Below, piece by piece: positions 9,680-19,339 of a stretch of 64,000 bases of DNA (the stretch's first letter is position 1; each line of letters starts with the position of its first letter). Below the pieces are notes generated by a model. The model was given only the letters and a program-made list of their open reading frames with translations. It did no database searches and was not told the origin of the DNA. The stretch comes from Patescibacteria group bacterium (GTDB taxonomy: Bacteria > Patescibacteriota > Patescibacteriia > UBA1558 > GWA2-36-10): contig JAQUKX010000001.1 in the NCBI GenBank assembly GCA_028718865.1, positions 67 to 64,066 of the forward strand, given 5' to 3'. A program made the position numbers and the translations under genes.

Positions 9680-10990
9680 TCAATAATCACCCGCCGATTG
9701 TAAAGCCGCCAGCTCGGCGTTGCTCAAAGCGCGATTGTAAAAACGAACTTCATCAACAATACCGTGAAAAGCTGTAAGAAAATTAATATAAGGACCATCG
9801 GTTATAGTATTGACCAGCTTGATAATGGGAGTTGAAGCACTGAAATTAACCACCACTCCTGTTCCTACTCTATAAGCATAAGCTTTTAATAATTCCTGCT
9901 CATAATCATAAATGCAAGCCAAAAAATAAGTTTGAGCGGCACCTATGACACTGACATTTGAATAAACTTGCTGGTAAGCATTATCATCATAAATGCGGCA
10001 ATAAAAACGCCCATCTTCTCCATCAATAAACATATGATATCCTCTTTGATTGCCTGTATCTGCTTTAAAAATAATAGAATGCTCGGGATCTTCCAAAACC
10101 TCAGGTTTCACCCAAGCGGTCAAAGAAAAAGCATCGCCAAAATTCAAATCATCGGGATTAGTCGGACTGTCAGGAGCGCAATTGGAAGTATTGCCATCAG
10201 CATAAGGAAAGTCAAGAGCATAACTACTGCCGTCAATCAAGCCGGCAATATAATCAGGGCTCGTGATGCCACTGCAATCAGCGTCATTATCACCTGCGCT
10301 ATCTAAAGCAGTCGTTCCCGAGCCTTCTTCAAAGCGCCACCAAGTCACTGGCCCGCGAGACTGGGCAGCCAAAACAGCTACAGTGCTGGTAGCCGCTGAA
10401 ATATCCTTGAGCTCTGACTGACCAGCTACTAGAGAGCCTAAAGCCAAATAACTGTCTATAGAAATGTAATCACTACTGATAGATGAGCCCTCGGCCAGAG
10501 AAAAATCAAGCCCATTGTCCAAAACTGCCAAGCTGGGCGAGCTAAGATAATAAACATTTTGCGCTGGATAATAACTATCATCGCAATTTTTATGATAGCC
10601 ATTTCCCGGCATATCAGGATGACAACTGATTGCCAATCGCCTATCTTTAAGATTGATTTTGACGCCGCCGCCTGTCCCAACGCAAGCTCCGGGCAAATGC
10701 TCATCATCGGCAAAATAAAGCGCTAACAGCGAAGGCGAAGAGGAAAACTCCGAACAATAACCCAAAGTATCCTGCAAGAGTCCGTCGGAATTTTTTATCA
10801 AATAATCCAGAGCTGCCAAAGACAGGCGGCGGCTGGCGGAGGCTTCTGTTTTGGCTGACAGCTTAGCGTAATTATTTCCCAAGACCAAATTCAAATTTAT
10901 CACTGAGGTAAGTAAAATCGCCACAATGGCCAGATAGACCACTGTCTCTACTAAGGTAAAGCCTGATTTTTTTAATTTTATTTTCCTCAT
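9680..10990 (-). CDS. Minor pilin (PilW-like) with C-terminal LamG/ConA-like domain
   Basis: KSG/FTLVETVVYLAI; WWRFEEGSGTTALDS...FSLTAWVKP...FHGIVDEVRFYNRALS. Confidence 0.85.
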   Translation of the reverse strand: MRKIKLKKSGFTLVETVVYLAIVAILLTSVINLNLVLGNNYAKLSAKTEASASRRLSLAALDYLIKNSDGLLQDTLGYCSEFSSSPSLLALYFADDEHLPGACVGTGGGVKINLKDRRLAISCHPDMPGNGYHKNCDDSYYPAQNVYYLSSPSLAVLDNGLDFSLAEGSSISSDYISIDSYLALGSLVAGQSELKDISAATSTVAVLAAQSRGPVTWWRFEEGSGTTALDSAGDNDADCSGITSPDYIAGLIDGSSYALDFPYADGNTSNCAPDSPTNPDDLNFGDAFSLTAWVKPEVLEDPEHSIIFKADTGNQRGYHMFIDGEDGRFYCRIYDDNAYQQVYSNVSVIGAAQTYFLACIYDYEQELLKAYAYRVGTGVVVNFSASTPIIKLVNTITDGPYINFLTAFHGIVDEVRFYNRALSNAELAALQSAGDY

Positions 10991-12966
10991 CTATAATCTA
11001 TCTTCAAAGAATAAAGCGTCGGCGTATCAGCATTGCCGTTGCAGGCCGTCAAAGTGGCCTTATATCTAAGATAACGATAACCATTTAAAATATCAGGCGT
11101 GCTGCTGGCATAAGAAGAACCGTTATCGCTAAAAGTATGAGCAACCGGACTGGCAAAAGAGCTGCTGTTGTCCGCTTCCAAGTCTACACTCACTGAACAG
11201 CCCGCAGGCACATCTTGGCTCACCGATATGGCTCGCAACTCCTTATCACTGGCGCCCAGATCAAAAATTGAAGAATAAATATAGCCAGGAGAATTGTAAC
11301 CGGACAGACCCATTTCCTCCTCAGCTCCAACCGCAAAAAAAGTGGACGGCGAGCTTTGATTATTATATTCTGTTTTTATCCAATCAACATTTCTAAGTAT
11401 ATTAGAAACTTTTAATTCATCAATTATACCATCAAAAGCCCTATCCGTAGCATTGGAACGATTGCCTATTCTAACACCAGAGGTAGATGTTATTCCCGAC
11501 AAAGCATTAGTAGCCCCAACCGATCCACTTTGCACTCCGTTGATATAAAAAGTAGTAGTGCCATTGGCCGCCACTGTCACTACCACATGATACCAGGTGC
11601 TGCCATTATAATTGATGCTACCGGAAGCCGAAGTTCTAATCAAAGCGCCGGCGGCGGTAAAACTAACATAAGTGCTCTGACAAAAAAGTACCCAACCAGC
11701 TTGAGCTGAAGAGCCGTTGGACTTATCTATTATTCTGCCTGAACTAGCTCCTCCTAAAGTATCCGGCTTCATCCAAACCGATATGGTCATTCCTGAAGTC
11801 AACAATTGGCTAGAATGATGGGGAATATTGACATAATCATTGGAGCCGTCGTAATCTTGAGCCTTACCTATTCTTCCATTTATTTCCACCGGCTCCCCGC
11901 TTGCTTTTTTAGTACCCTGATTATTGGCATTAGCGCTATTTTTTATAGCCGAAGACGATCCATCGGGTTTATGATAAACCATTATATGATAATCATCCCA
12001 AGTATTATAAACATCCTCCTGACTAGTACTAATATCTCCATTTCCATAAAACATATAAATTATCGTATCAGTATTTCCCGGTAAAGCAGGAATTTTTACC
12101 CAAGCAATCAATTCGCCTGTGGCTGGATTATATCTTTCTATTTCATGAGATAATTGATTTGCTCCTTCTTCATCAGAAGTGAAAATAATATCATAGCCGT
12201 TAGCGCTTTCTACTTTACCGCCGTTGGCTGTGCTTTTCAAATAATCCTCAGTCAAAGAAACAAGCATAGGAAAATCAACGTGCGAAAGATCGCCTGACAC
12301 CTTAGTGTTATCTATAGTTATTGTCCGTCTATAATTATAAGATCCAGGAGAAAAAGATAAATCAAGTTGACTGGGAGTAGAAGTGCTCACATTGCTATAA
12401 ACAGTAGAAAACATATCTGCCTCTGACCAAAAAGCTCTGGCGCCATTGCCTGACCAGTCGCTCTGCCGCCAGCTCTGATAAGACCAGTTGCTCAAATAAG
12501 CGCTTAGCACATAATCGCTTATCCCCGGCCCGGAAACTGTCACTATTACTTTGTAAGTATTGAGATCTAAGCTGCCGCCCTCTGAGACGATATTGCCGCT
12601 TTCATCACGATATACATCTTCTATTTCCACTGTCCGGCTCAAAACTCCCAAACTGTCGCTAGTGCCGGCAAACTGCCAGTTTCCCCCGCTGTCTTTGGAC
12701 GCTCCCAGAGCTCCCTGGCCGGCAGCATCTTCTATGGCCTGCCAGCTATTGTCTCTGATGGCTCTGGCTGCTGAGAGTCCTTCCTGAGCAAATTTGGCTA
12801 CCTGCTGCCGGTCGCCGGCGCCAAAAAAATTGCGGTAAGAATTGGTAGCTACATAAAATACTCCCGCGGTTAAAATAGAAAATATTGCCAAGGCAGCTAT
12901 TACTTCCATCAAAGAAAAACCTTTTTGCCCCAGCTGATTTTTATATTTTAATATTTTAAAACTCAT
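10987..12966 (-). CDS. Minor pilin (PilV-like) with DUF2341-like and LamG domains
   Basis: QKG/FSLMEVIAAL; YRRTITIDNTKV...LSHEIERYN...AWVKIP...IYMFYGN; ISVWMKP...FDGIIDELKVS. Confidence 0.82.
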   Translation of the reverse strand: MSFKILKYKNQLGQKGFSLMEVIAALAIFSILTAGVFYVATNSYRNFFGAGDRQQVAKFAQEGLSAARAIRDNSWQAIEDAAGQGALGASKDSGGNWQFAGTSDSLGVLSRTVEIEDVYRDESGNIVSEGGSLDLNTYKVIVTVSGPGISDYVLSAYLSNWSYQSWRQSDWSGNGARAFWSEADMFSTVYSNVSTSTPSQLDLSFSPGSYNYRRTITIDNTKVSGDLSHVDFPMLVSLTEDYLKSTANGGKVESANGYDIIFTSDEEGANQLSHEIERYNPATGELIAWVKIPALPGNTDTIIYMFYGNGDISTSQEDVYNTWDDYHIMVYHKPDGSSSAIKNSANANNQGTKKASGEPVEINGRIGKAQDYDGSNDYVNIPHHSSQLLTSGMTISVWMKPDTLGGASSGRIIDKSNGSSAQAGWVLFCQSTYVSFTAAGALIRTSASGSINYNGSTWYHVVVTVAANGTTTFYINGVQSGSVGATNALSGITSTSGVRIGNRSNATDRAFDGIIDELKVSNILRNVDWIKTEYNNQSSPSTFFAVGAEEEMGLSGYNSPGYIYSSIFDLGASDKELRAISVSQDVPAGCSVSVDLEADNSSSFASPVAHTFSDNGSSYASSTPDILNGYRYLRYKATLTACNGNADTPTLYSLKIDYR

Positions 12967-12970
12967 AATT

Positions 12971-14029
12971 TTAATAATCTTTTAGACACCTGACCGACAG
13001 GCCGTAGCTCTTGTCCAAGTTGGCGCTGTTGAAATTAGCGTCGTTTTCATTGTAATAATAAACTGCCTGACTGCCGTCATACTGACTGGAAGTCCAAAAA
13101 AAAGCTTTGCTGCCATTATCGGCAAAAGCGCCGCCGCCACTAGTATTTCTCTGTCCGGCCAAAAGCAGATTGAATCCCGACTGGCCGCCTATAGCCAACT
13201 CATTGCCCGGCAAAGCATAAAGCCCGGCTAAGGCTGCCCATTGAGCGCTAGTGGGCAGATGCCAGCCGGCCGGACAAATGCCTCGGGCTCCTTCGCCAGT
13301 ACCATAAGCCATCAATTCATCCCAGCTATACAAACCGCCATAGATATCGCAATTAGCTTCGCTATTACCATAGCACCATTTTTCTAAAATATCATTATCA
13401 CTAGGATTACTTATAGCGCTTTCTAGCATCTGACCGCTATTGAGATTTTCCGCCAGCCAGCAATTGTCAGCTATTTCCACAGTATTATAAGCCTGACCTT
13501 GACTGTCATAGGCTTTGCTCTGGCCGCAGGTAAAAACATAAGCCAAGCCGCTGGGCAAAACCCGGACGCTTTTTTTCAGGCCAAAATTGCTCTCCAGAGC
13601 AATATCTTCCTCCTCACCGCTAGATAGCCAGCCGCTGCCAAAAGTAAAATAAAATTCCCGCTCCTGATTATCAGCCAAGTAAACGCCGGAATTGCGCTCG
13701 CCAAAATTCAATTGGCGATCAAAAGCACTATCCCTATCATCATAAAAATTGCCTTTGAACAAAATCAAACAATCCCCGTCCGACGAGCAATCGTCGCTCT
13801 GCGACAAAACCTTTATACCCCAGACATCGCCCATGTAGCCGCTGCGGGAATAATTCTGAGCGCGGCTGACAATGTCAGCTACTTCTCTGGCTTTGGCGTC
13901 AATATCATCTTCAAAAACTCGCGAATTCAAAACCGTAAAAGCGCCGGCCAAAATAATCAAAAAAACCGCTACTATCAAAAGCACTTCCACCAAAGTAAAG
14001 GCTCTTTGTTGTTTGCAAAAAAATATCAT
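12971..14029 (-). CDS. Minor pilin (FimT/GspH-like) with FISUMP (Fib_succ_major) domain
   Basis: QRA/FTLVEVLL; YNTVEIADNCWLAENL, YGGLYSW, GICPAGWHLPT, FWTSS, GLSVRCLKD. Confidence 0.85.
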   Translation of the reverse strand: MIFFCKQQRAFTLVEVLLIVAVFLIILAGAFTVLNSRVFEDDIDAKAREVADIVSRAQNYSRSGYMGDVWGIKVLSQSDDCSSDGDCLILFKGNFYDDRDSAFDRQLNFGERNSGVYLADNQEREFYFTFGSGWLSSGEEEDIALESNFGLKKSVRVLPSGLAYVFTCGQSKAYDSQGQAYNTVEIADNCWLAENLNSGQMLESAISNPSDNDILEKWCYGNSEANCDIYGGLYSWDELMAYGTGEGARGICPAGWHLPTSAQWAALAGLYALPGNELAIGGQSGFNLLLAGQRNTSGGGAFADNGSKAFFWTSSQYDGSQAVYYYNENDANFNSANLDKSYGLSVRCLKDY

Positions 14030-15231
14030 TACCTTCCTAGTTCTCCGGTTAAATTATAAATTGGATTAATAATAGACATGGCGGCAAAGGCCACAGACAA
14101 GCCAATAATCACCAAAAGCACCGGCTCCAGCATAGTGGAAAGATTTTTGGTAATTACATCCACTTCATTTTCATAAAAATCCGCCAGATAATCCAAGGTC
14201 TCGCTCAGCTGTCCGGAATTCTCCCCTACTCGCGTCATCCGTGAAACCAGCGAGGGAAAATAAGAGCGGCCGGCCAAGGCATCAGCCAAAGACATGCCTT
14301 TGAGTATTTTGTGATAGACCAAAATCACCTCTCTTTTATAAACTTCGTTGCCAAGAGTCTGGGAAACTATCTGCAGAGCCCTGTCTATGCTGATACCGCT
14401 ATCCAGTAAAGATGCAATAGTGCGGCAAAACAAAGCCAAGTTCATCTGTCTGTCTAACTTGCCCAAAATAGGCAATCTTAAAATAAAGCTATGAATAAAA
14501 TAACGGCTATTTTTAAATTTAAGTAATATTTGCCAAGCTACAAATATTCCAAAAATAACCCCCAAAACCGCCAGCCAATTTTCCGCCATAAAACGGGATA
14601 TAACTATCATCATTCTAGTAGTCAAAGGCAAAGTCACATTGAGAGAATCAAAAAAGCCGATTATTTTGGGCAGAACATAAGCGGAAATCAAAGCTCCCAA
14701 GGCAATCACTGCCAGTAGTACCACTGTCGGATACATAGAGGCGGCCTTGAGCTTGCTTCTCAGTTCATAGGATTTTTTTTGCTGGCTAGCCACTATAGCC
14801 AAATTTTTGGCCAAAGTGCCGCCCTCTTCACCGACCGCTACCATGTTGATAAACATTTTATCAAAATCTTTGGGGTGCTTGGCCAGAGCCGCTGACAGCG
14901 AATGGCCCTTTCTGACATCAACCAAAACTTCATTAAGCCTTTTGTTGAGCACTGACGAAGAATTATCAGCCAGAGTTTCCAAAGCCGCGTCTATGGTCAT
15001 ACCTGCTTTTATCATCACTGACAAATGCTGCGCCAGCATTACTTTTTCCACCAGTCTTACTCGGCCTATTATTATACCGCCAGCCTTTTTTTTCTCACCA
15101 GCCATTTTCAGAGAAATCAGAGTACCGGGCTGCAAAGCCAAACGATTTCTAGCTTCTTTGGCGCTAGCTGCTTCTATGGTTCCTTGGCTGATTTTGCCTT
15201 GGCTGTCGCTTATTTGATAATGAAAAATCAT
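14029..15231 (-). CDS. pilC: Type IV pilus platform protein PilC (T2SSF family)
   Basis: Two T2SSF repeats (MVAVGEEGGTL; MTRVGENSGQL), MYPTVV, LEPVLLVIIG. Confidence 0.93.
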   Translation of the reverse strand: MIFHYQISDSQGKISQGTIEAASAKEARNRLALQPGTLISLKMAGEKKKAGGIIIGRVRLVEKVMLAQHLSVMIKAGMTIDAALETLADNSSSVLNKRLNEVLVDVRKGHSLSAALAKHPKDFDKMFINMVAVGEEGGTLAKNLAIVASQQKKSYELRSKLKAASMYPTVVLLAVIALGALISAYVLPKIIGFFDSLNVTLPLTTRMMIVISRFMAENWLAVLGVIFGIFVAWQILLKFKNSRYFIHSFILRLPILGKLDRQMNLALFCRTIASLLDSGISIDRALQIVSQTLGNEVYKREVILVYHKILKGMSLADALAGRSYFPSLVSRMTRVGENSGQLSETLDYLADFYENEVDVITKNLSTMLEPVLLVIIGLSVAFAAMSIINPIYNLTGELGR

Positions 15232-15243
15232 ATTTTATAAAAA

Positions 15244-16929
15244 TTATTGCTTAGTGGCTCTAAATATTTCTTCCAAAGTGGTTTTGCCGGAAATCGCCTT
15301 GTTGAAACCGTCTTCAAACATAGTGGTCATGCCATTTGCCATAGCTTTCTTTTTTATCTGATCAGCATCAGCTCTGGCCATGATTAGTTCTTTGATATCA
15401 TCGCTGATTTCCAAAACCTCAAAAATTCCAATACGGCCGCTGTAACCGCTTTGATTACAGCTATCGCAACCCTTGCCTTTATAGAATCTGATTTCTTTGA
15501 CTCTATCTACATCAAAAAACTTACTCAGATCAACTTCCGAGCTCAAATCACGGATTTCTTTTTCCGCCAACGTATAGCTGACTATGCATTTCATGCAGAT
15601 TTTTCTCAACAGTCTTTGGGCAATAATTACATTGACAGTAGACGAGACCAAAAAAGGCTCTACTTTCATGTCCAAAAGCCGCGGTAAGGCAGTAGCCGCA
15701 TCATTGGTATGGAGAGTGGACAAAACCAAGTGCCCAGTCATAGCCGAATTGACGGCAATGCCGGCTGTTTCCTTGTCTCTGATTTCTCCGACCATGATGA
15801 TGTCTGGATCTTGCCGGAGCAAAGACCGCAGTCCTTCGGCAAAAGTAAGGTTGGTCTTGGGATTGACCTGAATCTGATTGACGCCTTCCAGGTCATACTC
15901 CACTGGATCCTCGATTGTGCAAATATTGACATCGCGGCTATTGAGCAGCTTAATCAAAGCATACAAGCTAGTAGTTTTGCCCGAGCCTGTCGGACCAGTA
16001 GCCAATATCATGCCATAAGGCCGCTTGGCTGCCCGCTGGACTATCTTGAGGTCTTTTTCTACCATGCCCAAATCTTCCAAGCTGAATTGCTGGCCTTTGG
16101 AGGACAAAAGTCGCATGACCACTTTTTCGCCATGGGTAGTGGGTACAGCCGAAACACGGACATCTACTTTTTCCCCTTCCACAGTGGTGATGATTTTTCC
16201 ATCTTGAGCTGCCCGGCTTTCATCAGTCCTAAGATGAGCCAATATTTTTATTCTGGTAACAATCAAATCCAAAACTCCTTTGGGCAGAGACAAAACATCG
16301 TATAATATGCCGTCTATTCTGAATCTGATTTTTATTTCTTTTTCTTCGGGGTCAATATGGACATCGGAAGCATGGTTGCTATAAGCATAGCTAAACAGAT
16401 CGTCCACCAGCTTGACCGCTGACAGGCTCTCGGCCTCACCGCCTTGAGCTTTGATGGCTTGCTTCTGGATGCTGGCAGCATACTCCTGCTCAATTGATTT
16501 GCGGTAAAGGGAAAAATTATTTTCAATATCATAGACCGTGGCATAATAAGGCACGACTTTATCCCCGGCCTTTTTCTCCAGCATTTTTATCATCTGATAG
16601 TCAAAAGGATTGGCCATAGCCACCTTGATGCCTTCTTGATCCCTTTTGAAGACTATCATTTTCTGCTTGCGCGCCACTATTTCCGGCAAGAGATTGAGCA
16701 CCTCCGGCGGGATTTTTTCTTTTTTGAGATCGACGAATTTGACATGGAGATTATTGGCTATCAGCTGGCCGATCTCCTCTGATTTGATCAAATCCTGCTT
16801 GATCAAAAAAGTAGTAAAATCCTTTTTCTTTTCCTGAGCGGTTTTTATGGCCTGATCCAAAACCTCGGGCTTAATCAGTCCTATTTTGCTGATGATTTTA
16901 TAAATTTTGACGTCGCTTATAAGTTCCAT
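15244..16929 (-). CDS. pilB: Type IV pilus extension ATPase PilB (GspE/PulE family)
   Basis: ASDVHIDP, GPTGSGKTT, TIEDPVEY, LRQDPDIIMVGEIRD, TGHLVLSTLHTN, tetra-Cys motif; ATG at 16929 preferred over 16968 because it avoids overlap with the upstream regulator. Confidence 0.95.
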   Translation of the reverse strand: MELISDVKIYKIISKIGLIKPEVLDQAIKTAQEKKKDFTTFLIKQDLIKSEEIGQLIANNLHVKFVDLKKEKIPPEVLNLLPEIVARKQKMIVFKRDQEGIKVAMANPFDYQMIKMLEKKAGDKVVPYYATVYDIENNFSLYRKSIEQEYAASIQKQAIKAQGGEAESLSAVKLVDDLFSYAYSNHASDVHIDPEEKEIKIRFRIDGILYDVLSLPKGVLDLIVTRIKILAHLRTDESRAAQDGKIITTVEGEKVDVRVSAVPTTHGEKVVMRLLSSKGQQFSLEDLGMVEKDLKIVQRAAKRPYGMILATGPTGSGKTTSLYALIKLLNSRDVNICTIEDPVEYDLEGVNQIQVNPKTNLTFAEGLRSLLRQDPDIIMVGEIRDKETAGIAVNSAMTGHLVLSTLHTNDAATALPRLLDMKVEPFLVSSTVNVIIAQRLLRKICMKCIVSYTLAEKEIRDLSSEVDLSKFFDVDRVKEIRFYKGKGCDSCNQSGYSGRIGIFEVLEISDDIKELIMARADADQIKKKAMANGMTTMFEDGFNKAISGKTTLEEIFRATKQ

Positions 16930-16933
16930 AAAA

Positions 16934-17377
16934 TTAACTTTCAATATTATTGGCCGGAATATGGCCATTGCCGTTTCTGGCCTGCTTGCTCATAGTAGTG
17001 GAGTTGAGATAGCGGCTTATTTTCTCCACCAAAGTAGCCAAAGTAATATTATCTTTTACTAGATAATCCACTGCTCCCAAGTCTATGCCTTTTTTGACAT
17101 CATCTTCCTGGCCCAGATTGGACAAGATAATCACCGGTACGGCGGCGGTAGCCGGGTCACTGCGCAGCTCAGTCAAAACCTCAAAGCCGTTTTTCTCCGG
17201 CATTATCATATCCAAAATAATCAAATCTGGATCATTTATACGCGCCTGCTCCAAGCCTTCCTGGCCGTTGGCGGCCAAAAACACTTCATAGCCTCTTTCT
17301 GATAACTCGGCCTGATAGACTTTGCGCAAAAAATTGTCGTCATCTACAAAAAGAATTTTTGGTTTGCCTTCTGCCAT
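16934..17377 (-). CDS. Single-domain response regulator (CheY/PilH-like)
   Basis: ILFVDDD, DLIILDMIMP (phospho-acceptor Asp), VIILSN, DYLVK; no output domain. Confidence 0.92.
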   Translation of the reverse strand: MAEGKPKILFVDDDNFLRKVYQAELSERGYEVFLAANGQEGLEQARINDPDLIILDMIMPEKNGFEVLTELRSDPATAAVPVIILSNLGQEDDVKKGIDLGAVDYLVKDNITLATLVEKISRYLNSTTMSKQARNGNGHIPANNIES

Positions 17378-17383
17378 AAAAAT

Positions 17384-18934
17384 CTAAAATAAATTATTAA
17401 TATCTAATACCAGCACTGGCCGGCCTTTGGAAGAAATAGCCGCGCCTTTGAAATATTTCTGCCCTAGCATGACGCTGGGAGTTTTTTTCATCACCAATTC
17501 GCTTTCGGAAATATTGCCATAAACCGGCAAGGCCAATTTTAACTTGCCTCTTTTGACCAGCAAAAGATAACGATAAGAGGCCGGCAAATTTTGTTTCAGA
17601 GCCAAACGATCCAATAGCTTGACTGAGAAAACATGATTGTCGTGCCGAAAAGTCTTGGTTTGAGAAAAATCCTTTTCCTGCTCCAGCTTGACTACCTTAT
17701 CCACATAAGCCAAAGGCAAAGCCAGCCGATAATCTTTGATTCTGATTATAAGAGCCCGAAAAACCGACAAAGGCAGAGGAAAATCCACGACGAATTTGGC
17801 GCCTTTGCCTTTTTCGCTCACTATATCAATACTGCCGCTTAGCTCTTCCACTTTGCTTTTGACCAAATTGAGGCCTATGCCCCGGCCCGAGCTGAAGGTG
17901 AGGCCTATGCCTTTGGAAATACCGGCAACAAAAATCAAATTTTTGATTTCCGCTATGGTCATTTTTTTGGCTTTTACCGGACTGACTATTTTGTTTTTGA
18001 CTGCCAAAGATAATATTTCCTGCCAATCTATGCCTTGGCCATTGTCAGACACACTGATTATCATCCTATCGTCTCTAAGAGCAGTTGACAGCACTATCCG
18101 GCCGTTTAGCTGTCCTTTGGCTATGCCGTGGGCTGCCGCATTTTTGAGCAGCTGTATGACTATTTCCATCAACTCATCAAGTATCGCCTTATCCAAAGAA
18201 AAATCATTGTCTTCAATTACCAACTCTATTTTTTTGCCTTCAGCGTTGGCGATTTCTCTGACCAAATAAGGCAAAGAGGAAAAAACCTGCTTCAAGGGTA
18301 CTATTCTGATTTTCTCCAAATCACGCCGCATATCCCCTAGGATCTTCTCTGCTGCCAAATATTTGGCCAAAAATCCCGTATCACCGCTTTTTTCCGCCAA
18401 AAGCTTGGTTTCCAAAATATTTATCAGCAGATCTTCCAAATAATTTTGGATTTTATCCAGCTTGTAAGTAGGCACGGTAATTTCCGCTACTGACGGCAGG
18501 CTGCTCAAGATGTGTTTTTCTTTGACGGTTTTTTTATCGGCCTTGGTTTTTTTGGCTTTGACGCTCAAGAAATCCGCTAGACGCTGGCTTTGCCCCAGCA
18601 GATTGATTTCTCGATTTTTTTTGTCTATGGATTCAATATTTTGTTTGAGAATATCTAGGGTAGAAAAAAACAATTCCAAGCCTTTTTTGTCCAGCTTGAT
18701 ATCGCCGCTATAAGCGCTGTCAATGATATTTTCCAAAAGATGTAGCAGTTTGACGGTTTTTTTGTAGGCCATGGCCGCGGCCGCGCCCTTCATAGAGTGA
18801 ATCAAGCGAAAAATATTTTCTATCAAATTCTGATTTTGAGGCTTTTTTTCCAGATAAAGCAAAAATGTAGAGAGTTTTTTTAACTGCTCCCGACTGGTAG
18901 AGAGATAAAGGTCTTTGTATTTACTGCTGATCAT
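17384..18934 (-). CDS. cheA: CheA-like chemosensory histidine kinase (Hpt-HATPase-CheW, no P2)
   Basis: Hpt IFRLIHSMKGAAAAM; N-box QLLKNAAAHGI; G1 VSDNGQGID; G2 SGRGIGLNLVK; FPLPLSV leading into a CheW-like P5 ending GRPVLVLDI. Confidence 0.88.
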   Translation of the reverse strand: MISSKYKDLYLSTSREQLKKLSTFLLYLEKKPQNQNLIENIFRLIHSMKGAAAAMAYKKTVKLLHLLENIIDSAYSGDIKLDKKGLELFFSTLDILKQNIESIDKKNREINLLGQSQRLADFLSVKAKKTKADKKTVKEKHILSSLPSVAEITVPTYKLDKIQNYLEDLLINILETKLLAEKSGDTGFLAKYLAAEKILGDMRRDLEKIRIVPLKQVFSSLPYLVREIANAEGKKIELVIEDNDFSLDKAILDELMEIVIQLLKNAAAHGIAKGQLNGRIVLSTALRDDRMIISVSDNGQGIDWQEILSLAVKNKIVSPVKAKKMTIAEIKNLIFVAGISKGIGLTFSSGRGIGLNLVKSKVEELSGSIDIVSEKGKGAKFVVDFPLPLSVFRALIIRIKDYRLALPLAYVDKVVKLEQEKDFSQTKTFRHDNHVFSVKLLDRLALKQNLPASYRYLLLVKRGKLKLALPVYGNISESELVMKKTPSVMLGQKYFKGAAISSKGRPVLVLDINNLF

Positions 18935-19338
18935 AAGCCCAATTGCTCAAAAATTTTCTCCGGCTCCAAAATATAAAATTTTTCCTTATTATGCTTGATA
19001 TAATTTTTAAAAATCTTAGCTTTGGCATCTTTGAAAACCTGACGGATTTTTATTATCTGACCGCCTTCATCAACTGCCAGCGCAAACAATTCTTCTTCTT
19101 TTTTGAAAACTAGATAAAGCTCGGACTGGGTTTTGGTTTTGCCCGACAATAGCTGATGACCAGACAAAACAGTGATCAACTGGCCGTTTTGGTAAGCCAA
19201 GCCAAGCACTATAGGCAGCAAAGCTGGCAAAGGCAATACCCTGTCATAGCGGACAAAAGAAAGAGTTGCTGGCAAAGGCATCAGATACCAAGCTCCGGAA
19301 ATAGCAAAGGAAATATATTTTTTATCTGCTGGCGGCAT
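18931..19338 (-). CDS. cheW: CheW-like coupling protein
   Basis: YISFAISGAWYLMPL...VLPLPALLPIVLGLAYQNGQLITVL...FALAVDE; sits between MCP and CheA; ATG at 19338 preferred. Confidence 0.72.
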   Translation of the reverse strand: MPPADKKYISFAISGAWYLMPLPATLSFVRYDRVLPLPALLPIVLGLAYQNGQLITVLSGHQLLSGKTKTQSELYLVFKKEEELFALAVDEGGQIIKIRQVFKDAKAKIFKNYIKHNKEKFYILEPEKIFEQLGL

Positions 19339-19339
19339 T

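Noticed and set aside
16930-16968. 35-bp overlap between the response regulator and PilB
   Set aside because: It disappears if PilB starts at the ATG at 16929; an ORF-caller artefact
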